Below, in pieces: positions 24,759 through 36,371 of a DNA stretch of 64,000 nucleotides. The DNA is from Yuukianura sp. NJ FZ-2021 (taxonomy: Eukaryota): NCBI GenBank assembly GCA_046563655.1, contig CM102286.1:6324001-6388000 (forward strand), written 5' to 3'. The notes under the pieces were generated by a model, which did not search any database, was not told where the DNA came from, and saw nothing but the letters and a program-made list of their open reading frames with translations. A program made the position numbers and the translations under genes. Numbering within the stretch: position 1 is the stretch's first letter; every line of letters begins with the position of its first letter.

Positions 24759-26345
24759 ATGGCTTGGCGCTCGCACGGAATAGACAACGCGGACTTGGTA
24801 CGGAACTTAAGAGGTATTTCTACAGTCTCTAATAATTAAATCTTGTTTGGATATTGGCTTCAATAGTTTACTAAATACTTGTACTGCTGCTTTTCAGCAC
24901 ATGCAATTATCAAATCGCCTTCAGTGGAGTCAGCCATGCTTGCTATTGACCGCGGTCATTACTCTCTCGTTAATCCCTACAGTGATTCTCCGCAAGGGAT
25001 TGGTTACGGAGTGACTATTAGTGGTAATTAACATTTCTCTTCCTGATTTACTTTGTTTTCGAACGTTCTTTAATTGGTATCATTTTAGCTCCTCATATGC
25101 ATGCCCATGCACTGGAAGTTCTCGTGAATCATTTGACGGAAGGGTCACGAGCACTAGACGTTGGATCCGGTTCGGGATACCTTGCCGCAGCAATGGCGAT
25201 GATGGTTGGCGAGACTGGCAAAGTCATTGGAATTGAACACATACCGGAACTTGTGGATGACTCAATTAAGAATATCAATAAAGCGAACCCAGAACTAATC
25301 AGTAGTGGTCGGGTCAAAATTGTGGGTGAGTTATAAAACATCGGCGGTTTTGCGTTTAACCTAAACTTCGTTCACTGTTTACCCCTATCTTTCTCTCTTT
25401 CTCTATTTTTCAACAGTTGGAGACGGTCGCGAAGGATATGCGGCTGGAGGTCCTTATGACGCTATTCATGTGGGTAAGATTCTTACCGTAATAACTGCAC
25501 AAATGGAAATGTACTTTTGCATCAACACCTTGGCACTTGTTAAGTTGATACTGAAACTAATCTTGCTAATAGGAGCGGCAGCACCGAAAATCCCGAAGGC
25601 TGTAAGCCATTACTATGAGCCTTTATTTTATTTTAACCTTATGAACAGAGCTGTCAAAAATATTTACTAAAAACCTGCGAAATATTTAAATAAATACAAT
25701 ATTTACTGAAAAAGCTCAAAATATTTACGAACTTAACATTAAGCGGATGGGTAAATAAATAAATATTGAACAACAAAAAAACCTGAAATATTGATTTTGC
25801 TAACATTACAGGCATAGGAAGTAAATATTTTTGACAGGTCTGCTTATGAATGTAGACTCAGAACTTCTATTTGATTTTATGTTGCAGTTGACGGATCAAT
25901 TGAAACCCGGTGGCCGGTTGGGTATGACAATTATTAATCTACGCGATCTCTTAATCGGCGTTTCAGGTGTAAAATAATTCGTAACGATGTATTTACTTGT
26001 ACTTTGCTTTATATAGTGATCCCTGTCGGGCCTGAAGGCGGTAATCAAGAGTTGCAGCAGGTACTAATATATACCAACCGTTTGTGGAGCATTTTTTAAA
26101 ATCAGTATTGCATGAACGTTGTTAATTTGAACAGATCGACAAGCTTGAAGACGGGCGACTTGTGCACAAGTCTCTGATGGGTGTCATTTACGTCCCTCTG
26201 ACAGATCGTAAACACCAGCACCGCGGCGGCAGGTTCTGCGTTACGTTTTAGCTCTTTCATTTCAAATAATTAATAACAACTAAATAAAACGATAAAAACT
26301 AAATAAAAACATAACCTTTATGATTTACTTAGGGATGAGCTATGA
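24759..26345 (+). CDS. Pcmt: Protein-L-isoaspartate(D-aspartate) O-methyltransferase
   Basis: Exons 24759-24813, 24898-25023, 25089-25325, 25417-25473, 25573-25601, 25888-25921, 26017-26060, 26135-26232, 26333-26345. Motifs [48 protein letters not shown] and YVPLTD. The spliced end reads RDEL. Confidence 0.95.
25646..25842. mobile_element. hAT-type MITE, 197 bp, in a PCMT intron
   Basis: 23-bp TIRs CAGAGCTGTCAAAAATATTTACT and AGTAAATATTTTTGACAGGTCTG (1 mismatch). Perfect 8-bp TSD CTTATGAA at 25638-25645 and 25843-25850. Confidence 0.9.
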
Positions 26346-26863
26346 GCAGTCTCACAACACAGCGAAGAAGGATTGCAAAGCAAACGAGATTCTACCCACA
26401 ACCAGACAATTTGAAACAACTGGGCCGTATAAAGTAAAAGACTGATGGTGATTGCTACTACTACTACAAGGCAGATGGCAATAACACAAGTATACATTTG
26501 CCTTAATTTTTTTTTGTTAATTATACCATGTAAATCTTCAATATTGAACTGTTCAAGTCGTTAAAAGGCGGGAACCGCGTAAGTGCTTGTTTAATTTTGT
26601 CTGTCAAATTGTTGTTCTTGAGAAACCGCTTGTTAAATTAGCGTTTTTGAGTAGAATCTCCACTTCAAAACTGTTTTTGTCTACTAAGACACGTTTTACG
26701 AAGTTCACTTTTACTAAGATACGACTAAATTGTAGAACTTTAGACGCTAATTTATGATCAACCGAAACTTAACAGCACTGAATATCTTCAAATTAATAAA
26801 TTTGGAGACTTTTGTTTCTAGTAATGTTTCAAACCCAATATTAACATTGTTTGAAGTGATTAC

Positions 26864-29800
26864 TCAAAGATACATTCCATCAACCAAGTAGTCGGGATCC
26901 AATCGGTTCTTGCCTCTTCGTCTTGAACTGATTCGGATTCTCCGAAGACGACAAGTGAGAATGACCACCATAGCCACTGACATTGTCAGTCCAGCTACAA
27001 AAGCCAAAAATGCTCCAGCTCCTGGACCAGGCATGTCACTCTCTGGAAACGCCCCATCTTCAATATTTTGAAACATGATTTTAAAATATACCATTTCATA
27101 TACATGCCATTTGTACTTTCAATTTGGATTTCTAATTTTTGCATCATTTCTCACAATTTACAGCATCCGCTTGAGGCACAGGAAGAGACGCTTTATTGAG
27201 AAGACGTTGTAAAATTTTATCCTCGATTTCCTTTACAGCCGCCTTGGATTGTTGCGGTTGAAGATGTGGTGACGACTGAGTTGTTGTCCGCGGAGAAACT
27301 GTCGTGGTGGCGTTAGGTAAGTTCACAACTACAGGTTTACTTGATGGAGGTTCCATTTTTGCTGCTTGTTGACCTTCGACTTTATTTGAGTTTTGAACGG
27401 AATTAGCCAGGTCACTGTTGGGAAACGCTTGATTTTTATTGATGAAGCCATTGCCAGTGTTGAGTGGAAATGTGTTGTATTGGAGTTGCTGTTGTACTAT
27501 TGGCGGAAACATTTGAGTGTGCGGATTGTACGGAACGGGCGGAATGTCTCCGTAGGCGGGAAACTTGAATTGTCCAAAATTAGATGGCTGACTCATTCCG
27601 CCGCTTCCGCTTGGATTACCTAAACGAAATTAAAATTACGTTTCATGCCATTTTCGTAACAAAGGAACTTTTTAGATGTAGTTTTCGTTTTTCGAAACTT
27701 TTTTTTGAAGGCCCTTGCAATTACCGAGCTGTAAAAAATTTGTCAACCGTACTCGACGCTTACGAATTTATTTTATGCCGCTCGTGGAATTTGCTCAGAT
27801 TTGAGCATTATTCCAAAAGCAGCAATTTCCTGGACACTCAAAATATAAAATCCTCGCGCAATTTTTCAAATTAAGTTTTTATGAGTATTTACTGTTGTAA
27901 AATGGTGGATTTCTTCCTTGTTGCTGCGGCGGTTGAAGTTGATTGTAGCTCATTCCCGGTGATTCCGCTAGTCCGTAATCGTAGGATGATTTCCAATAAT
28001 TGTACGGATTACTACAAATTACAAAAGTATAAAAGACTGTGTAATTTGTAAATTCGGCAGGAAATTGACATGCACTGGCTCAAAAGTATGCTCAAGATTA
28101 AGGGCTCGAGTGCCATAATTATTTTGCAGTTACAAGAACGTGACTTGTCAAAAAAGTCTTTTGGATTATTGTTTCTTTTGATTTCAGATTCAATTGTCTT
28201 TGTGCAAAAAGAATTAAGTTCATTCATCCTCTGCTCTACTCCAAAACGACGCTCACGATTTACCTTTGTCTCTGGCTCTGTTGTTGCTGCTGCTGCAATT
28301 GATTTCCATAGGAGTCGTCCATTAACCCGCCATCTTTGTGATTGAAAATGTTTGGATTCTGCTGACTCTGACTTGGGATGTCGACCAAGACGTTGTCATT
28401 TTTGTCCGCCACAAGAACGTCTTGGCCCTGCCCTTCATCATTACTTCCCGCTGATTTGGAAGAATGAGCCGCCGCCACGGCGGAGTGAAGCTCTTGGGAA
28501 TGTTGGATTTGTATTTGGGGAGATTTGGCGGTCAGGCTTGAACTACCGCCTCCGCCATTATTCCTTCCTTCTATGGTTTCAGTCCTCTGCTGCTGATGCT
28601 GGCTGCCAATTTGTCTTTGGTCTGTCTCCTTTCCTACAACAATCCCCGGACGTCCGTTGACTGTTTATGACAAAGTGACACGCAACAATTAAATTCCGCA
28701 AAACTCATACTTTTCATATTTTTTTTTTCAACAAATAACGGCTTAGTGAAATTGCCATTGTTTTCTTATTTTTTCAGAATTTTTTCCGCCTCCGCCTTTC
28801 TTCTTCTCGGAAGCAATTATTCACGCGCAATTCAATTTTTATAGCACCTTGATTTGACACCTTAACACTTTGAAATCTTTATTTTACTTGGTGCTTCGGC
28901 GGCTGTAAGTGGTTTTTGTGTACTCAAATTTGTGTAACTTATAATGATCTAACTGTTTTAGACAGTTCAAACAATACAAACACCTTGAGGCTCACAATGT
29001 CATACGGTAGTCAATTTAACATTGACCACTGTAGGACATTTTTTGACATCTACGTAGTTATTCTAATTTGCAATTTGCCAAATTGAAATTACAAAAGTCT
29101 GCCACCCTTGGCCATTGACATTGTCATTTTTCAGAAAGAAAAATGAGCAAGACAGCTTCTTCGTAATAATAACTGTCTTACTATTCACTGAAAAAAATAC
29201 TGATGCGGAAGAGGGTGAATGCGAGGGTGGAGACGACATTTTTTTCTGTTTTTACTTTTTTTTGAAGAAAACAATTTATTTTGACACTATTCGCTTCGAA
29301 GATTTTTGGTTGTTTTCTGAAGTCATATGAAGTTTATAATGACTTCCTAGTTGTTCCAATGCTCAAGAATGTTCAAGCGTGTTTTTGTTCTTTTTAGATT
29401 TTTCCGACTACAGACTTAAAGAAGTTTATTTTGGAAGTGAATTAGAAAAGGAGTTTCGCACAGTTGAAAATTTTTCACAATTTGAAGCGAGAAGCCAAGT
29501 TAGACGAGAGTCTTGTCATCGTCTTCGTCATTCACTTGTCAAGATTTTCTTCTTATTCTGACGAAAATACTGCGACGAATGCCTAGGCTTTAAGGTTTAT
29601 GCTTTTGCAACATGGTTTAACATAGACTTCGTAACGGGTTACTCTTTGAAATCATTGTTGAAGTCTTCTTCCTGGCGTTTCAAAAAACTTTGTCTATTCA
29701 TCTCCTTCATCAAACAATTTCATCAACGACATCACGAAGTTTCCTATTTTCCTTTGAAGGTTTTTACATTATCCTAAAAGTATTCCACTTATGTGGACTT

Positions 29801-32800
29801 TGAGGACGCGCCATTCTTAATTTTCTACTGCTTTTTTCTTCCAAAGTTAAAAAATAGACTTGCAAACTCAAGTTTCAAAGAACTTTCGAAAATTGCTCAC
29901 GAGTATTGTAATTTTCACTGTAGGTAAATTGGACCGTGGAAAAATTCACAACCTGCATTAAAGCTTAAAACTTGAATTGAACTTACCGGAAGGACAATTG
30001 AGTTCTGCTGCTTCATCACTTCCATCAGGACTAGAATAAAAAAGAGGGAAAATCGTGTCAATTTGAATTTGTCAATGAGAATTAATTCTGAAGGTGGCAA
30101 TTAATTAATTTCACTTGGTTTGAACAATGGATTTGATTTTTTTTTACCATTGGGCTATTCCGTCGCATGCGTTGTAGATCCCGATGCATTCTCCTGACGA
30201 TTTGCACTCAAATTGATAGCGACTGCAGCGTCGAGAACCTGTGCGCAAAAAAAAAATAGCAAGAAGGTGAAAGTTTTTGTCTAAGAGGAATTTGAAAGTT
30301 AAATGAATTTTTTGTTCAAAATAGAAACAAATTCAGAGTTACTACCCCATATAATTACATTGTTATCGCAAAATCTTTTCAGGAAATTAGAACACACAGT
30401 TTCTAATTCTACGTCCGCCTTCAACTTGCATTTTTTGTACACATTCCTTTTTTTTGCCAAAGATCTGTGTTGCTGAAACTATCAATTGCAAATCAAACAG
30501 ACGTGTAGGTGTCCCGAAAGCAATTTTTAAAATTTTCCCTAATTTCAAAATTACGTATTTTGGATATCTCTAAGCAGCATCCAGAAATGAGCCTCAAATT
30601 TTTTTGTAAGTGCCAATTGACAGGACATTTTTGGCAGCTTTGTCTTTCAAAAAAGTAAGTTGTATAATTTGTCAGTTGTCTTCGCCGTGTCACTTTTGCA
30701 CCAACCCTGAAGGTTTTAATTAAATTTATTTTACTTCTTTTGCAAAAACAGGTTTGTAATTTTTGTCTGATTCGCCTACAGATACAAAGCTTTTGATGAT
30801 AATCCTGTCAACGAAGATTTACTGACACTTTGTAGCTTTAAAAAAAGTTTTTTTTTAAACCTGAATTTTGAAGCAAACGGCATGTCTTGGCGTAGGTGTT
30901 AAATGTCGAGTCAAGTCAATTATTCCGACAAGTAATGCTTTGATTCGTACCTGTTCCTGATATTTTTTATGATCATGAAGTTCAAACACACTGAACATGA
31001 ACCAGGACATTTCCAAATTGGAGGACTCAATGCGTGCCTACGTTAATAATATTGTGTGAAATGGATTTCCAATGAACTTTGACTGTAAAAAATGGTTACA
31101 GAAAAAAAGAAGTCATTGTATCGAGTGGGATCTTTCATTGTTATTGCAAAGTCATTTGAACTCCCGTTCCCAATGGATTTTGTAGCAGTTGGAACAAACT
31201 TTGTTGTGCACTTCAGATGTCAGGTGAAGTTCCATTGTTGTACACCTTTAAAGGAATCTGCAAAGCATCTGATAGAGTGTATTGTCCCCCTACTTCCAAA
31301 TCCAAAGTACTTTTTGGTCGTCCATCCCATTAGCATCTTCCATTCGGCACGAAAGATTCAAAAGGAAACTGCTCAACATCCCACTCAAAACCTTGTGCCA
31401 AGTCCTAAATTGTCAGACAGTAGTGGAATGAACTTTGGTGTCTGAACAAGTCAATTGAACAATGCACTAAGCATTGATCATAATTATTGAAAAAACGTGT
31501 CCATTTCACAACATTTTGTCAACATCTTAACATTGAAATAACAACTTTCTCCGCGTTGTACAAAGAAAAGTCAAGAGGAAAGTAAGAATGGCTTCAAAAC
31601 TACGCCGTGCTCCGCTTTTTGGAATTGACAGTGGGTTTTCCCTGGTAGGCCCTTCATGCAAGGTAAGCTAGCAAATGCCTTCTCCTAGAAAAATCTGGGA
31701 AGTGAACTTTGACATTTTTAGAGATGAAATTGGATCTTATGTGTTTCGTACAATTTGAGTAAGACCACCTACTAAGGTAACATGCGTCACGGAAGTCAGA
31801 GAAATAATATAATAAAAACCAATTTCAGAACCTTTTTGACATAAAAGCTTTCTTTTCTTTTTTGTTCAAATGAAATAAAGTAATTTTAGTGACTTTGCAA
31901 AAGTCAACTTCTGGGGTTTCAGAAAAATTTAAAACAACTAGTTTTTCGTGGAAAATGAAATTGGTACGTCAATTTTCATCAGTTGGAAACTTTTGATTAA
32001 AACTTGTAAGTTTTCGGAAAGCAAGTAATTGTATTTTTTGATCAAAGTATAACACGAAATAACATTTGCCAACATAATTAAATTAACTCATGGATCAGCG
32101 CATAACTTATTTACTAAAACGCAAAAAAAAAATTATGTTAAAAGCAGAAGCGATTGTTTGTGTGATTAACGAATTACGTCAAATAGGTTAGGTAAAGGTC
32201 CATTGCTAAAACTAATTAGGTACTAAAAAATTATATTATTTTTTTGGGGGTATTTTTGTGACATTAATTGTATGCAGTTAGTTTTAAAGGGATCAGGGTT
32301 AAACGAGGCGTTGACTTAGATTCCAATTTGGCAAGCCAAATTTTAACGAAGGTTATTAAAGGGCGGAATTATATCCTAGATGCAAAAAAAAGTACAAGTA
32401 GCACACATCGTGTAGCAGCAAGTAGGTTCGCATGAATTTAGCACAAATTGACAACTATAATCTAAGTACAATTTACAAAGCATAATATTATTATGTTTAA
32501 AATTACGGCTTATGTTAACTTAAGGTCAACGTAGGGCCGAAACCTTTTACACATTTTATTATGTAATATTCTGTTTCATTTTTTCCTTACCTGTTTTGAA
32601 CTTTCTTTAGAAAGTTTTTTCAGTATTGAAAATAATTTCAATTCGGAAGGATTTCTCCATGTAGGAACAAATCAGTTTAGAATTTCAATTTACTTTTTGA
32701 AACTTTAGAAAACGAGAGTTGTAATTGATTTGCGCCTTGAAAAACCAATTGACTCCAACCTAGTTTTTCTGTCATTGGATTCATCACCTCCATATTTTCC

Positions 32801-34324
32801 AATAAAATGGTGCGAAAGTGTCTTCGGGTTTCGTAATTTGGGAAGTCGAGAATTGCTTTTACGAATTTGGAAGATTGCAAGCATCAAGTGCTTGCTCTCA
32901 TAGGACTTCGCAAATCCTAAGTGCTTATACACGTTTGCCAAATTTAGTTTTGCCTTACACCACTCCCTTAAGCTCTTACTTAACAACCTCCTATTGTTTG
33001 TTACGATTGAAGAGTGATTTATGAATTTTCGTATTATTTTACATGCTTAACCAGTCAAGATGACAATGGAAAAGTGTGTAAAAAAGGTTGAGAAATACAC
33101 TAAAGATCCGTATTCTATAACATTTGAAATTGGATTGAAAAAATTACCTCCATTCAGTGGATCAGGTTTGTCCAAATTGAAGGTAAAATTTGATGCAACT
33201 TTCTCTTTTCCAATCATTTCTTCATCAGTTGCTCCATGAGAGTGACCTCGTCCATCCATTTCACTGTTTCTAAAAAAAAGATATTGACTGATTTCAAAAT
33301 TCATTTTCAAAATTGAACTTTGAAATACTTTGTAAAAAGTTGAGTTTACCTTAGTTGACTCAGTTCGACTTCATGTCTGTTTGGATTTTGAACTTGGAGA
33401 GTCATAGGTTCAACGACCTTTCTCAAAATGGCACTCATAAACTCCGCTTGATCCGTAAATTTACACAAGAAGTTGTCGATTGAACCGCAATCAAACATGT
33501 AACAGCTTCCGCTTCTCTGAAATTGAAAGAAAAAATCAAAGTTTAAAAATTTTCCAAAACGTTTCGTACAAACTATCCTAACCTTACGATATAACTATCC
33601 TCGACAGCAGCTTTTATTGTTTTTATTACTCCGATAATTATCAACGGATACACTTATGATGGCGCCAAAAAGTGGTGTAGGATAATCTTTTCAACCCTAA
33701 ACTATGTTAAGTACTGTTCAATGTTTTGCCACCCAGAAACTGTCAACTTCGACTTCGACTTAATGACAGACTAATCGTCACTTTCACAACTTTTTCAATT
33801 TTTTAATTGACTTTTCTGCCTTTTGTTTAGTTAGCCATGTATAGAAGTTAGTAAAAGCCTAAAATCGTGTTAGGTATGGTTTCGCAGAAGTGAAAAGTTA
33901 CAACACTTTATAATTTTTATCATCACTGTGTTGATAACCTCCATTTACACACTTTTTGTGCATCACTGACATATAACTAATCAGCTTAAATTGAATTTCT
34001 TACTTTTTCTTCAAAAGTGATGACATTGCACCTTGCAGTTTTGCAACAAAGACGAAGGCAGTCGTCCTTGGCTTTTCCATCGCCTAATTCGGACACATTG
34101 ATATACCGGGCACCAAGGGCTAAGGAATCCTTGGTCCTTATGATACTTCCTTCACTTACATCAAAGTTACCAAGACACATTTGGTCATCAAAGAAGTTAA
34201 AAGTACTCAAACCAGCCTCACCCAACACTTCGTTCTGTTTCACACCTTTTTCACTTGAAGAGAAAGCAACAAGGAATGGTAGCAGGTTCAGACTGAATTG
34301 AACCAGTGTCATGGATTTCCTCAT
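26864..34324 (-). CDS. LRP11-like single-pass receptor (signal peptide, MANSC, LDLa, low-complexity stalk, TM)
   Basis: Exons 34324-34004, 33516-33350, 33269-33148, 30238-30148, 30030-29987, 28660-28264, 28011-27893, 27619-27155, 27057-26864. MANSC domain (IIRTKDSLALGARYI...CLRLCC...CYMFDC), LDLa domain (CSRYQFECKSSGECIGIYNACDGIAQCPDGSDE), a TM helix and the C-terminal DYLVDGMYL typical of LRP11. Confidence 0.88.
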
Positions 34325-36371
34325 TTTCTTAAATTTTTACAACTTTTAAATATTCAAAAATAGTTGATTGGAATAAGTTCAATGGTGGGTCAAGATAAAA
34401 AAAGACGACTTTCTCTGTACACTTTCACTTTACGGTGTTGCCCGCTTACACAGCGTATGACTTATTCAGCAACTGTCGCCAAAGTGACATGCTTCTTCAA
34501 TTGAGCTTAAGCTCTTACCGACTTCACATACGGTGTGAATAGATCCAACAGTAGGTTACGCCTCCAGAGAAACTTTGCTTCTAGTATGTACTGTTCGACA
34601 AGTGAAAGAGAAAGCAGAAGAGTCGTCTCCGTTTGAACTTTCGGAGCTCGACGCTGGGAAATTTAATCAATAATTCCGCTTTTTGCTCCAAGAGAAAATT
34701 TACCTGCAGATTTATTTCAAACCTTAAGAAAGTTTAATCGAGAAATCTCAGATTTTGAATCTAGAGCAGATTTACTGATATGCATCGAGAAGGATAAATC
34801 AAAGATCAAGCAAATCGCTTTGGCAAACAGATTCTTCAACCTACAAAAGTCAATGGGATAATCTATTATTTGGCAAATAGATGCAGTGTTAACGTGAAAT
34901 CAAAATCGATCAAAGTGGGAACTAGGTCACAAGTTACAGCGACATCCGTTCTGTTCTATTTGATTAAGAAGATGACAAGGAAAAAAGAAAGTCGGGCGCA
35001 CAATTTACTAATTCTGGTTGACACGACATCTGAATCAGTTCAAGAGGCGTGTAGAGCGATTTAGCATCTTCATCTTCATCATGTTTGCTTAACTTTTTGT
35101 GAAAATGTCTTGAAAGCATAACTGAAACTACCTTTTCTTTGAAATTTGTAGACATTTTTTTTTCAAAACTGGCTGATACAAGAATTTCAAAATTTCGAGA
35201 ATATTACAAAACGTTAAAGCTCCAAAAACTCTAACCTCTGATGACGACGTCGTGCAATTTTTGGCGTGCTGCAACGTTTGTTCCAAGTTCATTCAAGCTA
35301 AAAAATTATGTTGATTAATTACTGTAAGAGGGAATGCATTTCTTCTTGTTAGCAAGACTGACATAGATTAATTTTTTTGTTGTTGATTGTTAATTAGTTT
35401 AGAGGAACAAAAGATTGCAAAAAAAAAGTCGTGCAAAAAGTGTGCCTTGCCAATCACGTTATTCACGACGACAGAGTCATGTCAAGAAAAAAATGTTTTG
35501 GCTTGAGGCTTTACACATTTGAACAACATTTTTAGGTTAATGGATTTTCGGTACCTAGCTTTCTGTAAACCTTTTTCTTCCCTTGAACAATACTCTTTAG
35601 TATTTGTGCTGTTTTGCACTTTGTGGTTAATCGTGAAGGTAAGGTCCATTCACAGTTAGGTTAGGGTGGGTATTTACTAACTCCAAATGCCACCCTACCC
35701 TATGTTATGCTTTTGTTCCCTATGCACAAGATCGTTGCATTATGTAACATCCAATTCATAAATCTAACCGAACTCGTCCGGAGTACTCGGCACTTAAGAC
35801 TCTGTAAGTGGCTTTTTAGGAACCCCAGAAGATTTTTTTTGGTACACTCGACGAATTTTGTGAATCATAGTGTATGTTTTGTAGCAGAGCGAAAAGCCTA
35901 ACTAAAATGAACCTACGAGTTCAGTCTTCTTCTTCATAAGGGATAAAGATTCGCTTTTGTGGAGGTGGTAGTAGGATTGATTAGCACAGTTAGTTGCCCA
36001 TAGACCGTGCGGAGCAAAAGAACGTAAACTACAAAAGGAATAAGGTAAAAGGACGCACCGCGGCGGTCTGTTGGACCCACTTTTTTGGCATATGCTTCTT
36101 CTGCACAGTCAGTTCCGTTTTAGAACAAGGCCAACAAAGTAGCTCAATTTTTCTCAAAAATTCAGCGCACAAAGTTACGATCAACTAAGATATTTGAATA
36201 TTTACAGGAGCCTAACTTTTAGGAAATGTTAAGTTAAAAACTAAAGTTTTTTTTAGAACAATCAAAACGTCAGTTCCTGTGTGTCGTGATGTAGTTTAAC
36301 CACAATTTTCGCCACTTTTAACCGATTTTTCGTAAAATTTTGTGCAATAGACAACCAAAGGCCTATTCAAA

